From positions 4,588,001 to 4,652,000 of the forward strand of contig CM068748.1 in NCBI GenBank assembly GCA_035084275.1: 64,000 nucleotides of DNA. Direction: 5' to 3'. The position numbers and the translations under genes were made by a program. Below the pieces are notes generated by a model. It worked only from the letters and a program-made list of their open reading frames with translations. It did no database searches and was not told where the DNA came from. Shown one piece after another: positions 12,524 through 23,823 of this stretch (within the stretch, counting starts at the first letter, position 1; each line of letters begins with the position of its first letter). Origin of the DNA: Hydrolagus colliei. Taxonomy: Eukaryota.

Positions 12524-12690
12524 CTACCTGCTGGTGGATATTAAAAGATCCTGTGACATTATTCAGATAGCGAAGGGAGTTTCTCCTGGTGTCCCGGCCA
12601 ACAGCCTCCCTGATAAAATTAGTCATTAATTTCATGGCTATTTGGGAAGGCATTGCTGTATGCCAAATTGGCGCAAAATCCGACGTGGTA
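12524..12690 (+). mobile_element. Ancient DeuSINE (AmnSINE1/SacSINE1-like) core relic
   Basis: ggtggatattaaaagatcctgtgacattattc...agggagtttctcctggtgtcccggccaaca...gtcattaatttcatggctatttggg...ttgctgtatgccaaattggc resembles the Deu domain and aligns in-window with 39311-39548. Confidence 0.7.
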
Positions 12691-13965
12691 AGGCACAATA
12701 TCAAAATGCAAGGATTACAGTATTATATTCACTAAATACAGTTTTTGAATGGTCCAGCAGAGAATTCCAGCTTCATTTGGGAGAAAAAAGAGACACCAAC
12801 AACTTTTGTGGAACCCACAAGTTGCAATGTTGTGTAGTGCCATCAGCCTGCCTGTTTTACACCAGTTTTGTATTAAAAAAAAGCTGAAGCTCTAAGGTTA
12901 GTGGCACAATAAATATTTTAATATTCAATGAATTTGCTCTCGAGAGAGGCTATCAATCAAAATGAAACCATATTTCACAGATAGAAACAATCAATGACTT
13001 CTATTTGAAAAAAAAGCACAAAACAAGTGAAGATTGAACAACAAGGTTGAAGCTGGCAAGATACTGTTTAATCATAGAAATAATGTAATTCATTCAATCC
13101 TTTCTTATGAGGTTAGAATAGTTTTTTTTTACTCTGCTGGACAGATGCACTAAAACATATTAAGAGTTTAATAAAACAGTTTAATTTAAGCAAAGCATTC
13201 TGTAAAATATCCATAAATGTATATTTTTCAAATCTAAAGAAAAATGATGTTAGGTATGGAGAAATGCACCGAGTAGAATGCGGAAGAAGAACACATTGAA
13301 TACTATTTAAATATTGATTTTAAAAAAACTGGTGCAGTTATATTGTTGCAACTATAATGTATTAAAGCATAAGTCCATGGGGTAAAAAAAATTGCATGGG
13401 AAAGAAAGGAAAGTTCAAGGGTTATAGTTGTTCATACAATCTGTCATTGCTTTAGACACAAGGCAATTTTAATGGAAATGACAGTGATGAAAGGAAATTA
13501 TATTGGTTCATCTGGTTGAAGCTTCATTCCTGCTACACTCAATACTCTTGATTCCAGGCCTTTTAGAACTCTTTTAACTGAAGTGTTTAATGCAATATCT
13601 TGTGATTACAGCAGCTATGACAAATGAATTTCCAGAATTGACTAAGGTCATAACATATAGTGCATTCTCCCAAAGTAAGCCATGCACTCATCATAATGTT
13701 GCACTGAATAAAAGGTGAAGTGTTAAAGCAAAGTAAAATATGGCTAAATTTCACTGCGAATAATCCTTTTGTTTTATCGCAGTAAAACATCTCAAAATTA
13801 TTATATTTTTGCGATATTGGATAGTGACTGTATTCATTAATGAAATGAATGGATCTGTTTCCTTGTAGCACCAATGAAGCAATGAATATAATTCACCTGT
13901 GTTTTACTGATTAGTAGCTACATTTCTGCTAGACCAAATATAGAAACTGAAACAGTGATGTCTTT

Positions 13966-14035
13966 AACAACAACAACAAAATTACATTGTAGAACGCTTT
14001 TCAAGTCAGGAGGACATCCAAAGGCGCTGAACAGT
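13966..14035 (-). repeat. Solo L2 3' hairpin+tail insertion
   Basis: aacaacaacaacaaaattacattgtagaacgcttttcaagtcaggaggacatccaaaggcgctgaacagt. Similar solo tails lie at 9722-9772, 10816-10880, 17531-17591, 35444-35498, 36562-36623, 48131-48190, 53547-53612, 55740-55792 and 63974-64000. Confidence 0.75.
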
Positions 14036-14423
14036 TAAAATCGAATATTGCTCTTACCTAGTAGAGCACTTTCACAATGAATGAACCCATTACTCCAAGT
14101 GATACCTTTTTTTGGCTAACAATGATTGTGACAGGTGTTAGAGGGGCAATTCAATCAAAATTTGCATATGCTATGTTAGGTTGCAGAACAAATTACAGCA
14201 TGAAGAATAAAAGAATTATGTATAAGTATTAAGAAAATCTTGCTGAAGATTACAGACAAATCTAGGTAAATGGAAAATATGGGCAGATGTCTGGCAAATT
14301 AAAGTACATTTAGGGGGATTAAGAATCATATAAGTCATAAAAAACAACTTTGCTACAGGAAAACTGGAAAAAATAATTTTAAAATTTGAGCAAATGGCCA
14401 GCACATTTGAGTTTGAAAATTGC

Positions 14424-14725
14424 GCTTTCACCTCTGGGCCCTTTGTTTTAAATCTAACCTAAACTGCTGAACACCTTTCATCTAGCTGTAACTGTCCTAT
14501 GTGAAATTGGTTTGAAGGCATTCTCCACCCAGTTGCTAATGAGTGTGAGTCCACAGCACAAAAGTGCTCATAATTTAGCACCAATTGGCTCTAAATTGGT
14601 AGTGTCACACAGAGGAGTCATAAAGATGGCTAGTGCAGAAAAGGAATGGTCACACTAATAAGAGCGTATTCTTCTGAGTTATGGGTTAAGGTGGATTGTT
14701 TCAGGGAGGGAGGGGAACTTTGCCC
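14424..14725 (+). mobile_element. LF-SINE-like relic
   Basis: Ordered matches to the recalled LF-SINE consensus: ctttcacctct, gctgtaa..gtcctatgtgaaattggtttg, cccagttgctaatg, gtccacagcacaaaa, ttagcaccaattggc, ttggtagtgtcacacagagg, gggttaagg, ggggaactttgc. Confidence 0.7.
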
Positions 14726-14864
14726 TAAATGTTGACACTAAGGATGAGAAATTCATCAGCCCTTAATGTTAGCAAGCTCGTCCCAATTGAGAAAAAAAGT
14801 GTGGAATAACAGGAGTTAGTACTGACTAATGCTCTCAATATTCCTCCCTTCAAATTCTAAAATT

Positions 14865-15713
14865 AACAACTACAAAATTACATTTGTATATCACCATTCA
14901 CATCGGGAAGCGTCACAAGGTGCTGGACAATCAGTGTTTCCGACACAAGCTGGGGGCCAGGATCGGCGGGGGAGGGGGAGAAGGAGAGTGATTGGAGGCC
15001 CGGTCAAAGAGGAGATTTGCGAGACTGGTCGTGAAGGCATCAAGCGAGGGAACAAGGCGGAGGAACTATGGGATGGAGTTCTGGAGGGGGCAGAATGGCA
15101 GAAGATCTGCCAAATAATGGTGGAGTGGATGAGTGGGTCAGGGGTCATGAAGCAGGTTGGAGCCCACTGAGCGGAGGGGGTGAGCAGGTTGGTAGGGCAT
15201 TAGAAGATCGCAGAGGTAGGGAGGAGCAAGGCCATTGAGGGCTTTGAAGGTGAGTACCAGCATCTTGAACTGTATCTTCTGTGTGATGTAATACCAGTGA
15301 AGTTGGGTGAGAATGGAGGTGATAGGGTTGATAGGTTCTGGCTGATCTCCACCCTATGGAAGGAGTTGTTGGGACGGTCAACAAGCAGAGAGTTTACATA
15401 GTCGAGGCTGGGTTTTATGAATGTCTATGAAGCCTTCATTGTGAGACTGTGGCGGAGCCAAGCAACGCTGCAGAGGTGGGGGAAGGCAGAGCGAGGCAAT
15501 GCACAGATATGGAGTAGAATGGATAGTTGAGGGTCAAAAAAGACACCAAGATTCCGGACTGGCTTAGCAAGGTGGAGTGTGCATCCATGGATGGTGATGC
15601 AGTCAGTGTCTGAGGTGTGGAGGTGCTGATGGGAGTCAATCAGCAGGGCCTTGATCTTGTTGATGTTCAACTTCAGAAAGTTAGCTTTCATCCACGATTT
15701 GATGTCTGGCAGA
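14865..15713 (-). mobile_element. L2 LINE 3' portion (RT thumb region to tail)
   Basis: Minus-strand DIKSWMKANFLKLNINKIKALLI...VRNLGVFFDPQLS...SLDYVNSLLV...LHWY...QFKMLVLTFKALNGLAPPYLCDLL, followed by the L2 tail with (TTG)n. Confidence 0.9.
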
Positions 15714-16496
15714 GTGGTGGAAGAGAAGAGTCTGAAGACGTGTCCTGAAGGAGGCAAGGGAAGGAGCGAGGCACAGGGACTGTCGAATGGAGTTCCAAAG
15801 GGTGGAGGCAGAGAGGTTAAAGGCCTGACCACCGATTGTGGGGCAGAGTAGACTGTGGTTATGGAGCAGGCTGGAGCCAGCTCAGTGGAGGCAGCAGGCC
15901 TGTTGATTTGGCATTAGCAGGTAACAGAGTTAAGAAGGAGCAAGGAAGCAGACGGCTTTAAAGGTGAGGATGAGGACTTTGAACTCTACTCTCCTGGAGT
16001 CAAGGGTAGAGGCAGAGAGATAGATTTGAGTGTCATCCGCATACATGTGGAAGTTGACCCCATGTCCGTGGATGATGTCACCAAAAAGGAGCATATAGAT
16101 GTTGGAAAAGTGGGGACCATGGACAGAGGCCTGTGGAACTCTGCACAAGATGGTGCAGGGGCTAGAGGAGAAGCCTTTTGTGGAGATGGTGTGAGAGGTA
16201 GGATCTGAACCATTCCAGGACAAAATCATGAAGTTTGAGGTGAGAGGTGTGGAGGGTGGAGTTGGATGGGGTGTGAGAGGTAGGTTGATAGTGATTGATA
16301 GGATAGAGGAAGTTGAGTGGATCACCTCGTCTTTGGCTTCAAGGTAGCCCAGCATCTCCTTGCAGTTAAGAGTTGGAGGCGAGCAAGGGCGAGGCATGAG
16401 AGGATGGATGGAGGAGCCGGTTGTTGATGAAGAGGAGGAGCCTGGATTGTCCTTGGCCTCTAAGATTATCTTGAAGTATGAGGACGGTTTAGCAGA
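15714..16496 (-). mobile_element. Internally deleted L2-derived element (same family as 1352-2215)
   Basis: ORF 15930-16526 reads SAKPSSYFKIILEAKDNP (linker), jumps to ILSW...VPQASVHGP...HGVNFHMYADDTQIYLSASTLDSR, then jumps to VEFKVLILTFKA. Its 3' part is colinear with 1495-1820. Confidence 0.9.
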
Positions 16497-18049
16497 TCTG
16501 AAGCTTGTGTTTGTAAAATCAATCAACCTTGTTAAGATCTAGTTAAAATGCATGGAGTGGGAGAAGAGGGCAAATTTCCACAACTGAGAATCATCTTTGT
16601 CCATGGAAGATTTGAAGAGTTGTCCTGGCAACTAATTCTGTGATGAACTCATCAGGTGTTAAGACTTTCAGCTCAAAGGATTCATCCTTTAGTTGAATTT
16701 CAGTTTAGCCTCTGAGTGTAAGGAATCAGACAGATCGATTTTCTGTGGAGATGAGAATTACAGATTCTAACTGGACCATATCTAGATTGGCCTTTTATGA
16801 GTTCTAGAGACATCTACATTGATTCCAGTTGGGTCTAAATTATTGTAATCATTAATGTCATCTTATTTGCTTCCTTCCTCTTCTTGGCTCAAAATGTTAG
16901 GAGTTCAGGTTCGATGTTGGGAATTTGCATTCAAAGTCTTGACTAACACTGGTTTAGAAGTGGAGAGCGTTGAAAAGTCAGAAGAGCCAGTCTTCCAATG
17001 AGACATTAAACAAAATAGGCACAAAGTAAATGTTGACTGAGTATAGAGGACTTTTAGACAAATTCCATCTTCTTTCCAAATAACACCAAAAGATGTTTAA
17101 TAGACCTGGACAGACATCCGTTTAATGCGCTCTTCACTGGCTTCCCATCTCTGAAAAGTTCAATTTACAGAGAATTTAGAAAGGTCTCATGGAGCCAGTT
17201 CTTACTAAGCTTCACTTGTTCCCAGTTCCACAGCATACCAATTTGAAAATTCTCATTTTGAACGTCCTCCATTGCTGCCCTATTGCTGTAATCTTCAGGT
17301 TTCTGCATTAACAATGGAGCATGCACCTTCAGCCATCATACTTCTGCCCCATGGAATTCTTTATAAAATTTATTTTCTGCCTCTCTGTATACAGTACTAT
17401 CAAACAAATGTTCTAAAAACATCACTTTTATCATACGTTCGGTTGCCTCTGCATTTCTCCCACTTCCTGCTCAGTATCCATTGTGCTGTATAGTTGGGTT
17501 ATTTTAATATTTGAACAGTTGTATATAAATAAGCACTCCAGGATACAGCCCCATATGAAGGGTGCTATATAAATGCAAGTTGTTTTTGTTGTAAATACAC
17601 ATTCGTGTTCATAGAACCAGTCCAGCCCGACGAAAAAAAGGTTTGAAATGGTAGAGAGAAATGTTGTCATATGTCCTGCATGTACAAATGTTGTTTTATT
17701 TTTTTTAATATTATTTATTATTTTACACTACATTTCTTCAACTAGTCTTCATTGCAGTCTGGATTGAGTAAGTAGGGGGTAAAAGACAGTTACAGGGGGA
17801 GCCATGGTGTTTTCTGAAAATAGCAGGAATATGGCAAGCAGATTCCGGTGAACAGTATTCCTATCATTTGTTTTAAACAGTAAAAAGTGACATATACCTC
17901 CCCTCAACCAAACTAGATTTTTTTTTGTATAGAGGGCAAGTTGAATTTCAAGTACAAATCATTACCACGTGTATTGCAGGTACCAATATCAGCCCATTTC
18001 ATTCAATCTTGCCCTTCCATTCTAGAAATCCAATTTACAGAGCATAGGA

Positions 18050-18335
18050 AGTTTAGAGCACTCACCTTGCAACTGAGAGGTTTGATTCCTGGCAAAACAT
18101 TGGGCAGGTTTGCTTTCTCCACAGTCCTGATATTAACCCCTGAAGAAGAAAAAACAATAATAAATAAGTCATTTCAATCCACAAGTGTTTGTGGGACACT
18201 GCTGTGCTTAATTGGCTGCCACGTTTCTCCCACAAATATACAGTCAATTTACTCTACAGTGTATTCTATGAAGCGCTTTGGGACGTCTAGAAGAAGTAAA
18301 TAGTGCTATATCAAATGCCAGGATTATTTTATTAT
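18050..18335 (+). mobile_element. tRNA-derived Deu-domain SINE (degraded head)
   Basis: ttagagcactcaccttgcaa head, core gtttgtgggacactgctgtgcttaattggctgcc, and tail gtgctatatcaaatgccaggattatt. Confidence 0.88.
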
Positions 18336-18567
18336 GTTTGCTGTAGTTCTGTAGAGCACATAAAATAGAACTACACCTAGGAGCTAGTGGTGGTGGGGGA
18401 GGGCGATTGAAGAGAGCAGACAAGTGGTGCGCTGTGTTGACATTATTTATTTATGTTAGATGACAAAAACAAACAACTATTCGCCTTAATCCTAATATTG
18501 AAATGGATAAAAATAAGACTGTACTGCACATATATAGAAGGTATCTAATTATTTGTCTATTAAAGTT

Positions 18568-19096
18568 ATTTGTCGGCCCTCCTAACTCCTCTCTCTGTAG
18601 GCTGCAGGTCATCCAGAACTCTGCAGCCCATGTCCTCTCCCGCAACTATCTCCGCGACCCAATCACCCCCATTCTCAGCCGACTCCATTGGCTTTCCATC
18701 ACCTAGAGGATTCAATTAAAGATCCTGGTCCTCACATTTAAAGCCCTCCATGGCCTTGCTCCACCCTACCTCTGCAACCTCCTAACACCCCAGCAACTTG
18801 CCACCTCCATCCGCTCATGTCCCCCGACCCATCCACCCCGCCATCAGCGAGTGAGCCTTCAGCCACTCTGCCCCTAATCTCTAGAATTCCATCCCTCATC
18901 CCTCTTCCTAGCCTCCTTCATGTCCCACCTCAAAATCCTCCTCTTCGATGGTCCCATTAGTCATCCAAAATGCTCTCCTTTCCCTCCACCCTCCCAGATC
19001 CCAACCCCAGCTCGGGTTTGAAACACTGACTGTCCAATGCGTTGAGACGACCTCCCAACATGAAAGGTGCTTTACAACTGTAATTTTGTTGTTGTT
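18568..19096 (+). mobile_element. L2 LINE 3' fragment
   Basis: GPPNSSLCRLQVIQNSAAHVLSRNYLRDPITPILSRLHWLSIT*RIQLKILVLTFKALHGLAPPYLCNLL, with tail tgaaaggtgctttacaactgtaattttgttgttgtt. Confidence 0.9.
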
Positions 19097-20295
19097 CCTG
19101 TATAGAATCAAATTGTTATTTAAATAAAAGTCATTTTTAATTATGGAGGACCATATCTCTATGTACCAGGAGACCTTAGAATTAGCTTGTACTTATACGA
19201 TGAGAATGGTGCAATGCTGCCGGTTTCGATGTTAATTTGAAACATTGTTGTATAACTAACACACGCGGATTTCATGGCCTGATTACATTGTCCAGCACTG
19301 CAAAACAAATTGCACCAAGATTCTTGCACTATATCTATATATGTCACAGTGCTAAAGTCATTTTAAATTTAAGTTCGTTTTTTATTCCTTTATAATGGGA
19401 AGTGTAAATGTTGTTTTAGTGTTAATCAGCATAATATCCATAGATTTTGAGATGCACAGCAATAATATCCGATGTTTGCATTGGGCTTCTGTTAACAAGC
19501 AGTGTTAATATAAGCAAGTCCAGAGTGATTGAAAAATTAAGTTGCATAAAATTATTATTTTCAACTCATTTCAACCACAACACAACAGCATTTAACTGTC
19601 ACTTGTTATTTATACAGTTAGTATAAGGTAAAACTATTGTGCTGTGTTCAAATCTGGCTGTAAGCATCATCCTGACTCACTAACTATAAAAAATTTGACT
19701 TTATGATTTTCTGTATTTCTATATACAGTATGTGGATTACAGTCACGCCTGTATATTTTGTGAAGCTTATAATCACAGAGGATAAAACAGATTGCAATAT
19801 ATCTACTAATAAACTGTATAATGTTTCAGTGTGATTTACTGCAAAGTTACAATTCTGATAAGTGAATAAATAATATACACTGATTATGACAAATGTTGGC
19901 AATCAACAGTGGATCCCAAATCAGTAGAATCCTTTTATGAACACCAGCATGTTTCAAGGACTTAATCTTTGCTGTCAGCTGCTACCAGTATAAATACATC
20001 TCAAACATGGAACTAAAAACACCTTTTTTTAAAAAAAAAGACTGAATGAGTTCAAGGTTGAAATAATTTTTTCATGTATAGATAACTATTATAAACTGCT
20101 CTCACTGCTTTGTCACATTTTAGGATGTCATGTGAAACTAGCCTTATAACACATTCCCAAATATCTAGTCTGCAGACTTTATTTTTATTGCGACTCTGCA
20201 AAATTGACGAAAGCTGTTTACAATAGCTTGGAGGTGAATTTTTATAAGTAAAATTTAACAGATGTGTAATGAATTTTCTTTTCCATTAATCTCAG

Positions 20296-20466
20296 GTGCC
20301 AATTATTGTGCCCTGCCACCGAGTGATCTGCAACGATGGACAGATTGGTAATTATATGGGAGGAAAAGGAAATCACCTCAAACAATGGCTACTGACACAT
20401 GAGAAGCTCCTGACAGAGAGCCGAGGAACATTTCAGGGACTTTGTCCAATCCTGCCACACAGCTAG
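20296..20466 (+). CDS. MGMT: MGMT final coding exon (active site)
   Basis: Acceptor ttttcttttccattaatctcAG ends at 20295, phase 0, continuing the NP of the previous exon. It translates VPIIVPCHRVICNDGQIGNYMGGKGNHLKQWLLTHEKLLTESRGTFQGLCPILPHS with stop TAG at 20464-20466. The PCHRV alkyl-acceptor motif and downstream KxWLLxHE are present. It is absent from the ORF track. Confidence 0.97.
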   Translation: MPIIVPCHRVICNDGQIGNYMGGKGNHLKQWLLTHEKLLTESRGTFQGLCPILPHS

Positions 20467-20488
20467 AGCGCCTGCTGATGATACTCTG

Positions 20489-20494
20489 AATAAA
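20489..20494 (+). promoter_or_regulatory. Candidate polyadenylation signal of MGMT
   Basis: AATAAA 22 nt after the stop codon. Alternative ATTAAA signals lie at 20603-20608 and 20752-20757. Confidence 0.5.
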
Positions 20495-23400
20495 ACAAGC
20501 TCTTAACACATCCACTATTATTTAGGGAATTTGTAAATATTTGAGTGATTTAAAAAGATAAAGGAAATTTGAACGTCAGATATGTGGTGGCACCACTACT
20601 ATATTAAAAAGGCTGTATGCATCCTGAGGGACTCTGCGTGTATGGCCTTTCTTGTTTTTACATTTTACAGAAGAATGACTACAGAGGACTGTGCCTGTTG
20701 TGTATATATTTTGTTCCCATCTACAGCCTTTTTGTTCTATTTTTAATGCCCATTAAAGCAAGGATAAGGGAATGGGAGGGGCATGGCAAATGTTAGGTGC
20801 AACTGCCCCTGGAAGGAAGCATCTGGCTCACAGAGGGGACAGCCAATAGTCTGGAGCTTGCGTGTTACTGGGAGCAAAATGAAATCCTGAGGCTTCAGCA
20901 CACACCTCCTTATTCCTGCATTGCATTGAATTTGTCCAGCTTGGAAAACTGTACCTCAGCCAAATTACTGTCAAATGAGTGGCCTGCTCGCTTTGATGTT
21001 TGAGCTGTTGAAATATTTCTTTTCATAAACACTTTTGACAAAACGGTCACAAAATCATTCATTTTTTTTGTGCTCCAGAAATGGTTTCGTCATTGTTACG
21101 ATTTGATTATTGCCCTTCAGTTTTTATTGAATACAGGTATAAAATGCAACAAATGCAATTTTCAGGGGGAGGGAGGGGATTATTTTCTAATAATTATTTC
21201 AGAAATTGTAAAAAAAATTAAACTTTCCCTATGTAGTACATGTGAATTCTGAATTTTTTAGTAACCATAACTTGCTTGCTGCTTAAGTGTAGAGAGACTA
21301 TACCTGTTTAGTTAGCAAGAGGCGATTTCAACCATAATAATAGAATATTGGCTCAAGCTATCGTTCTGGGATGAGGGATGGATCACTGATATGAGCTGCA
21401 TCTTGGAGTAACATTTTGAAGACCGTGATTTCAAATGTTAAGTCAAGTAAATAAATGGTGTTTTTGGGGGTAGGATTGTTTTTTTTCCATGGGAATAATT
21501 TTTTTGGTTCAATGTTTGGGTCACAGAAAGGAAGAGAGAGAGAGAGAGTTCTCATTGCAACTCTCTTTTCCCACTGAAGACAATGTTTGAGCAATGGCAC
21601 TTATCCTGCCCAGGGGCCATTTCATGCTCCCATTTGCTCCCATTGTTAGTCACTGAGAACACATGCAAGGATGTGATATAATTAGTACATTCTGAACAGA
21701 AATAAAATGGAAAAATATAACCGGGCAGTGCAGTTTGGGAAAATAAAGCAAAGCTGCTACTGTTGCATAACCACATATTATGTCAAATGTGATTAATCAC
21801 AGAATAATCAATTAAAGGTCACAAGCTACCACAATTTTTCATCAGCTTGCAGCTCTTCCTTTAACAACTTAACTTACCATCAAAATAAAAGGAGAACAGA
21901 TGAGTTACTCCCTGCCATACATTTGAAACAGCAAAAGTTCAAACTGTTACAGAGACCGAAAGTGAAAATGTTTTAAATCATATTAATGGATGAGACTATT
22001 TTTTGTTTGGCTATTTTCATTGCAGGAACACACATATGGAATAGAAACTGGTTTCTGTCCCCCACACAAATCCGAGTTTAATACTACCAGTTATAGGAAC
22101 GCAACAGATTTTACATTGCATTTTAGTTTTAATATGATGCTATAGGATATTCATTGTGGCATATGCCTTGGGATAACAAGCAAGTTCAACTATCAGAAAT
22201 GACATTATAATGGAAATAGAATATTCCTATCCATAGAAATCAAGGTACATAAGATAGTGGGTAATGTTTAAAAATGCTGGTATCCTGAGGCCAATTACAC
22301 AATGTAACATATGTGTCCCAAACAATTAAAGACATTCACTATTTTGCCACACAAAGAAATTAAGTAGCACTGACACAGGTAAGCATGGAAATGCTGAATT
22401 TACACCATTAAAATTGAGTTTGTGTAAACTATTAAGATGCAATTATTAAGATAGTTAGGCAACACTTAAATGCATTGATGTAATCACATTGTGTGTTTGG
22501 GATGGCATTTGTTTTATTGTGTAACATTTTGCAAGTTTTTGTTCCCTTTGTTGTTAAAATAGAAATCTTCAATGTTTTCACTTGTAACGCAGACCATTTG
22601 ATATTGAGAATTTTGGTTTGGGGAAACGGTTTTAACATAATATACTGTACTCTCATTCAACTGATAATTTGTTATGATAGTTTCTCAAATAAAAGACAAC
22701 TTTGACTTATAAACATGTCATTTGCTTTTCAGTCTCATTTCAGTCCACACTTTCTTCTGCTGACACATTAAGAATGGTATAGGCTCCGTGAGACTTGCTC
22801 TTCCAATAGAGGGCAGTAGAGTTTAGTGGAATTACATTACAAACCAGAATATACTCACAGCGGGTAGCTTTACTCTCAATTATTTCAGTTTTAACCTACA
22901 ACTAGAACATAGAATAGCTCAGCAGAAATTTACAAACTGATTTATGTTGCGTATTTGCAGACAAACTGCGTCACAAGCTAGTTTCTTTTGTATGCGGTGG
23001 GAGTTGTTTTCAGCAGCTACACATACAGAGAGAGGAACTTGCAGCAGTCAGTAAGATGAAGAATGGCCCTTCTTTACCCACTGATTTCTGATATTGCTAA
23101 TGATGCCCAGGCTGCAGACTGGAGTGAGCGCTAATGAAGGGTGCTATGACACGAGAACCTCTTGGGGTTCTATTTAAAAAGAGAGGCAAATCTGCACTGC
23201 CACTTAGGTGTACTTCCAGCGTGCCCTCTTCAACCATTATTGCTGATTTTTTTTTAACATTGTACATTATTTGGCATGATGATCATCCATGATGAAATAC
23301 TTAACTCTCTTGTGAAACTGCAAGGTGGTAGAGGAGCTAATGGTGATTTTGTTAGTCCAATTGTTGAAAGAAAGCAATGTCCTTCAGCCCTGGATTTGGG

Positions 23401-23823
23401 TTCCAGTGACCTATCAGATTTCCTCCCCTTCAGTCTTCCAGTGCTTTGAACTGCTGACATTGAGACACTGTGTAGTCAGGCACGACAGCTGTTTCTGCAT
23501 CATCTAATACCCACACATGCTGTTTTAGAGCATTTTGAGAATGAAAGATAATCAAAGATTCAAAAATAATATTTGTTTTGGCGGAGTTTTCTCTACAATG
23601 AAAAGAGATGCCCTCGACCGGATGGGGAAACTGGATTTGGAGAGAGTGCGGAGCTTATTGGATGTGCTGCATGTTAAGGTTGCAAATAATTCTGAATATT
23701 TTCAGTGAAAGCTGCTAAATAGTTAAAATAGAGGACAACTATGTACTTTTTTAGTGTGATAAATCAGTTCATTTACTAAACATATATATATTGACCTTAG
23801 CATACTAATCATATTTTGCTTAG

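Larger units (their letters stand above)
5780..20295 (+). other. MGMT: MGMT last intron (about 14.5 kb, GT-AG)
   Basis: GTAAGT donor and pyrimidine-rich CAG acceptor join the two exons in frame (NP|VPIIVPCHRV), at the same intron position as in mammalian MGMT. Confidence 0.93.

Noticed and set aside
15930-16526. 198-aa ORF with YADD as a functional or domesticated reverse transcriptase
   Set aside because: It lacks the N-terminal RT subdomains and thumb, motifs are degraded (PQASVHGP), and part of it is out of the ancestral frame; it is a deleted L2 relic.
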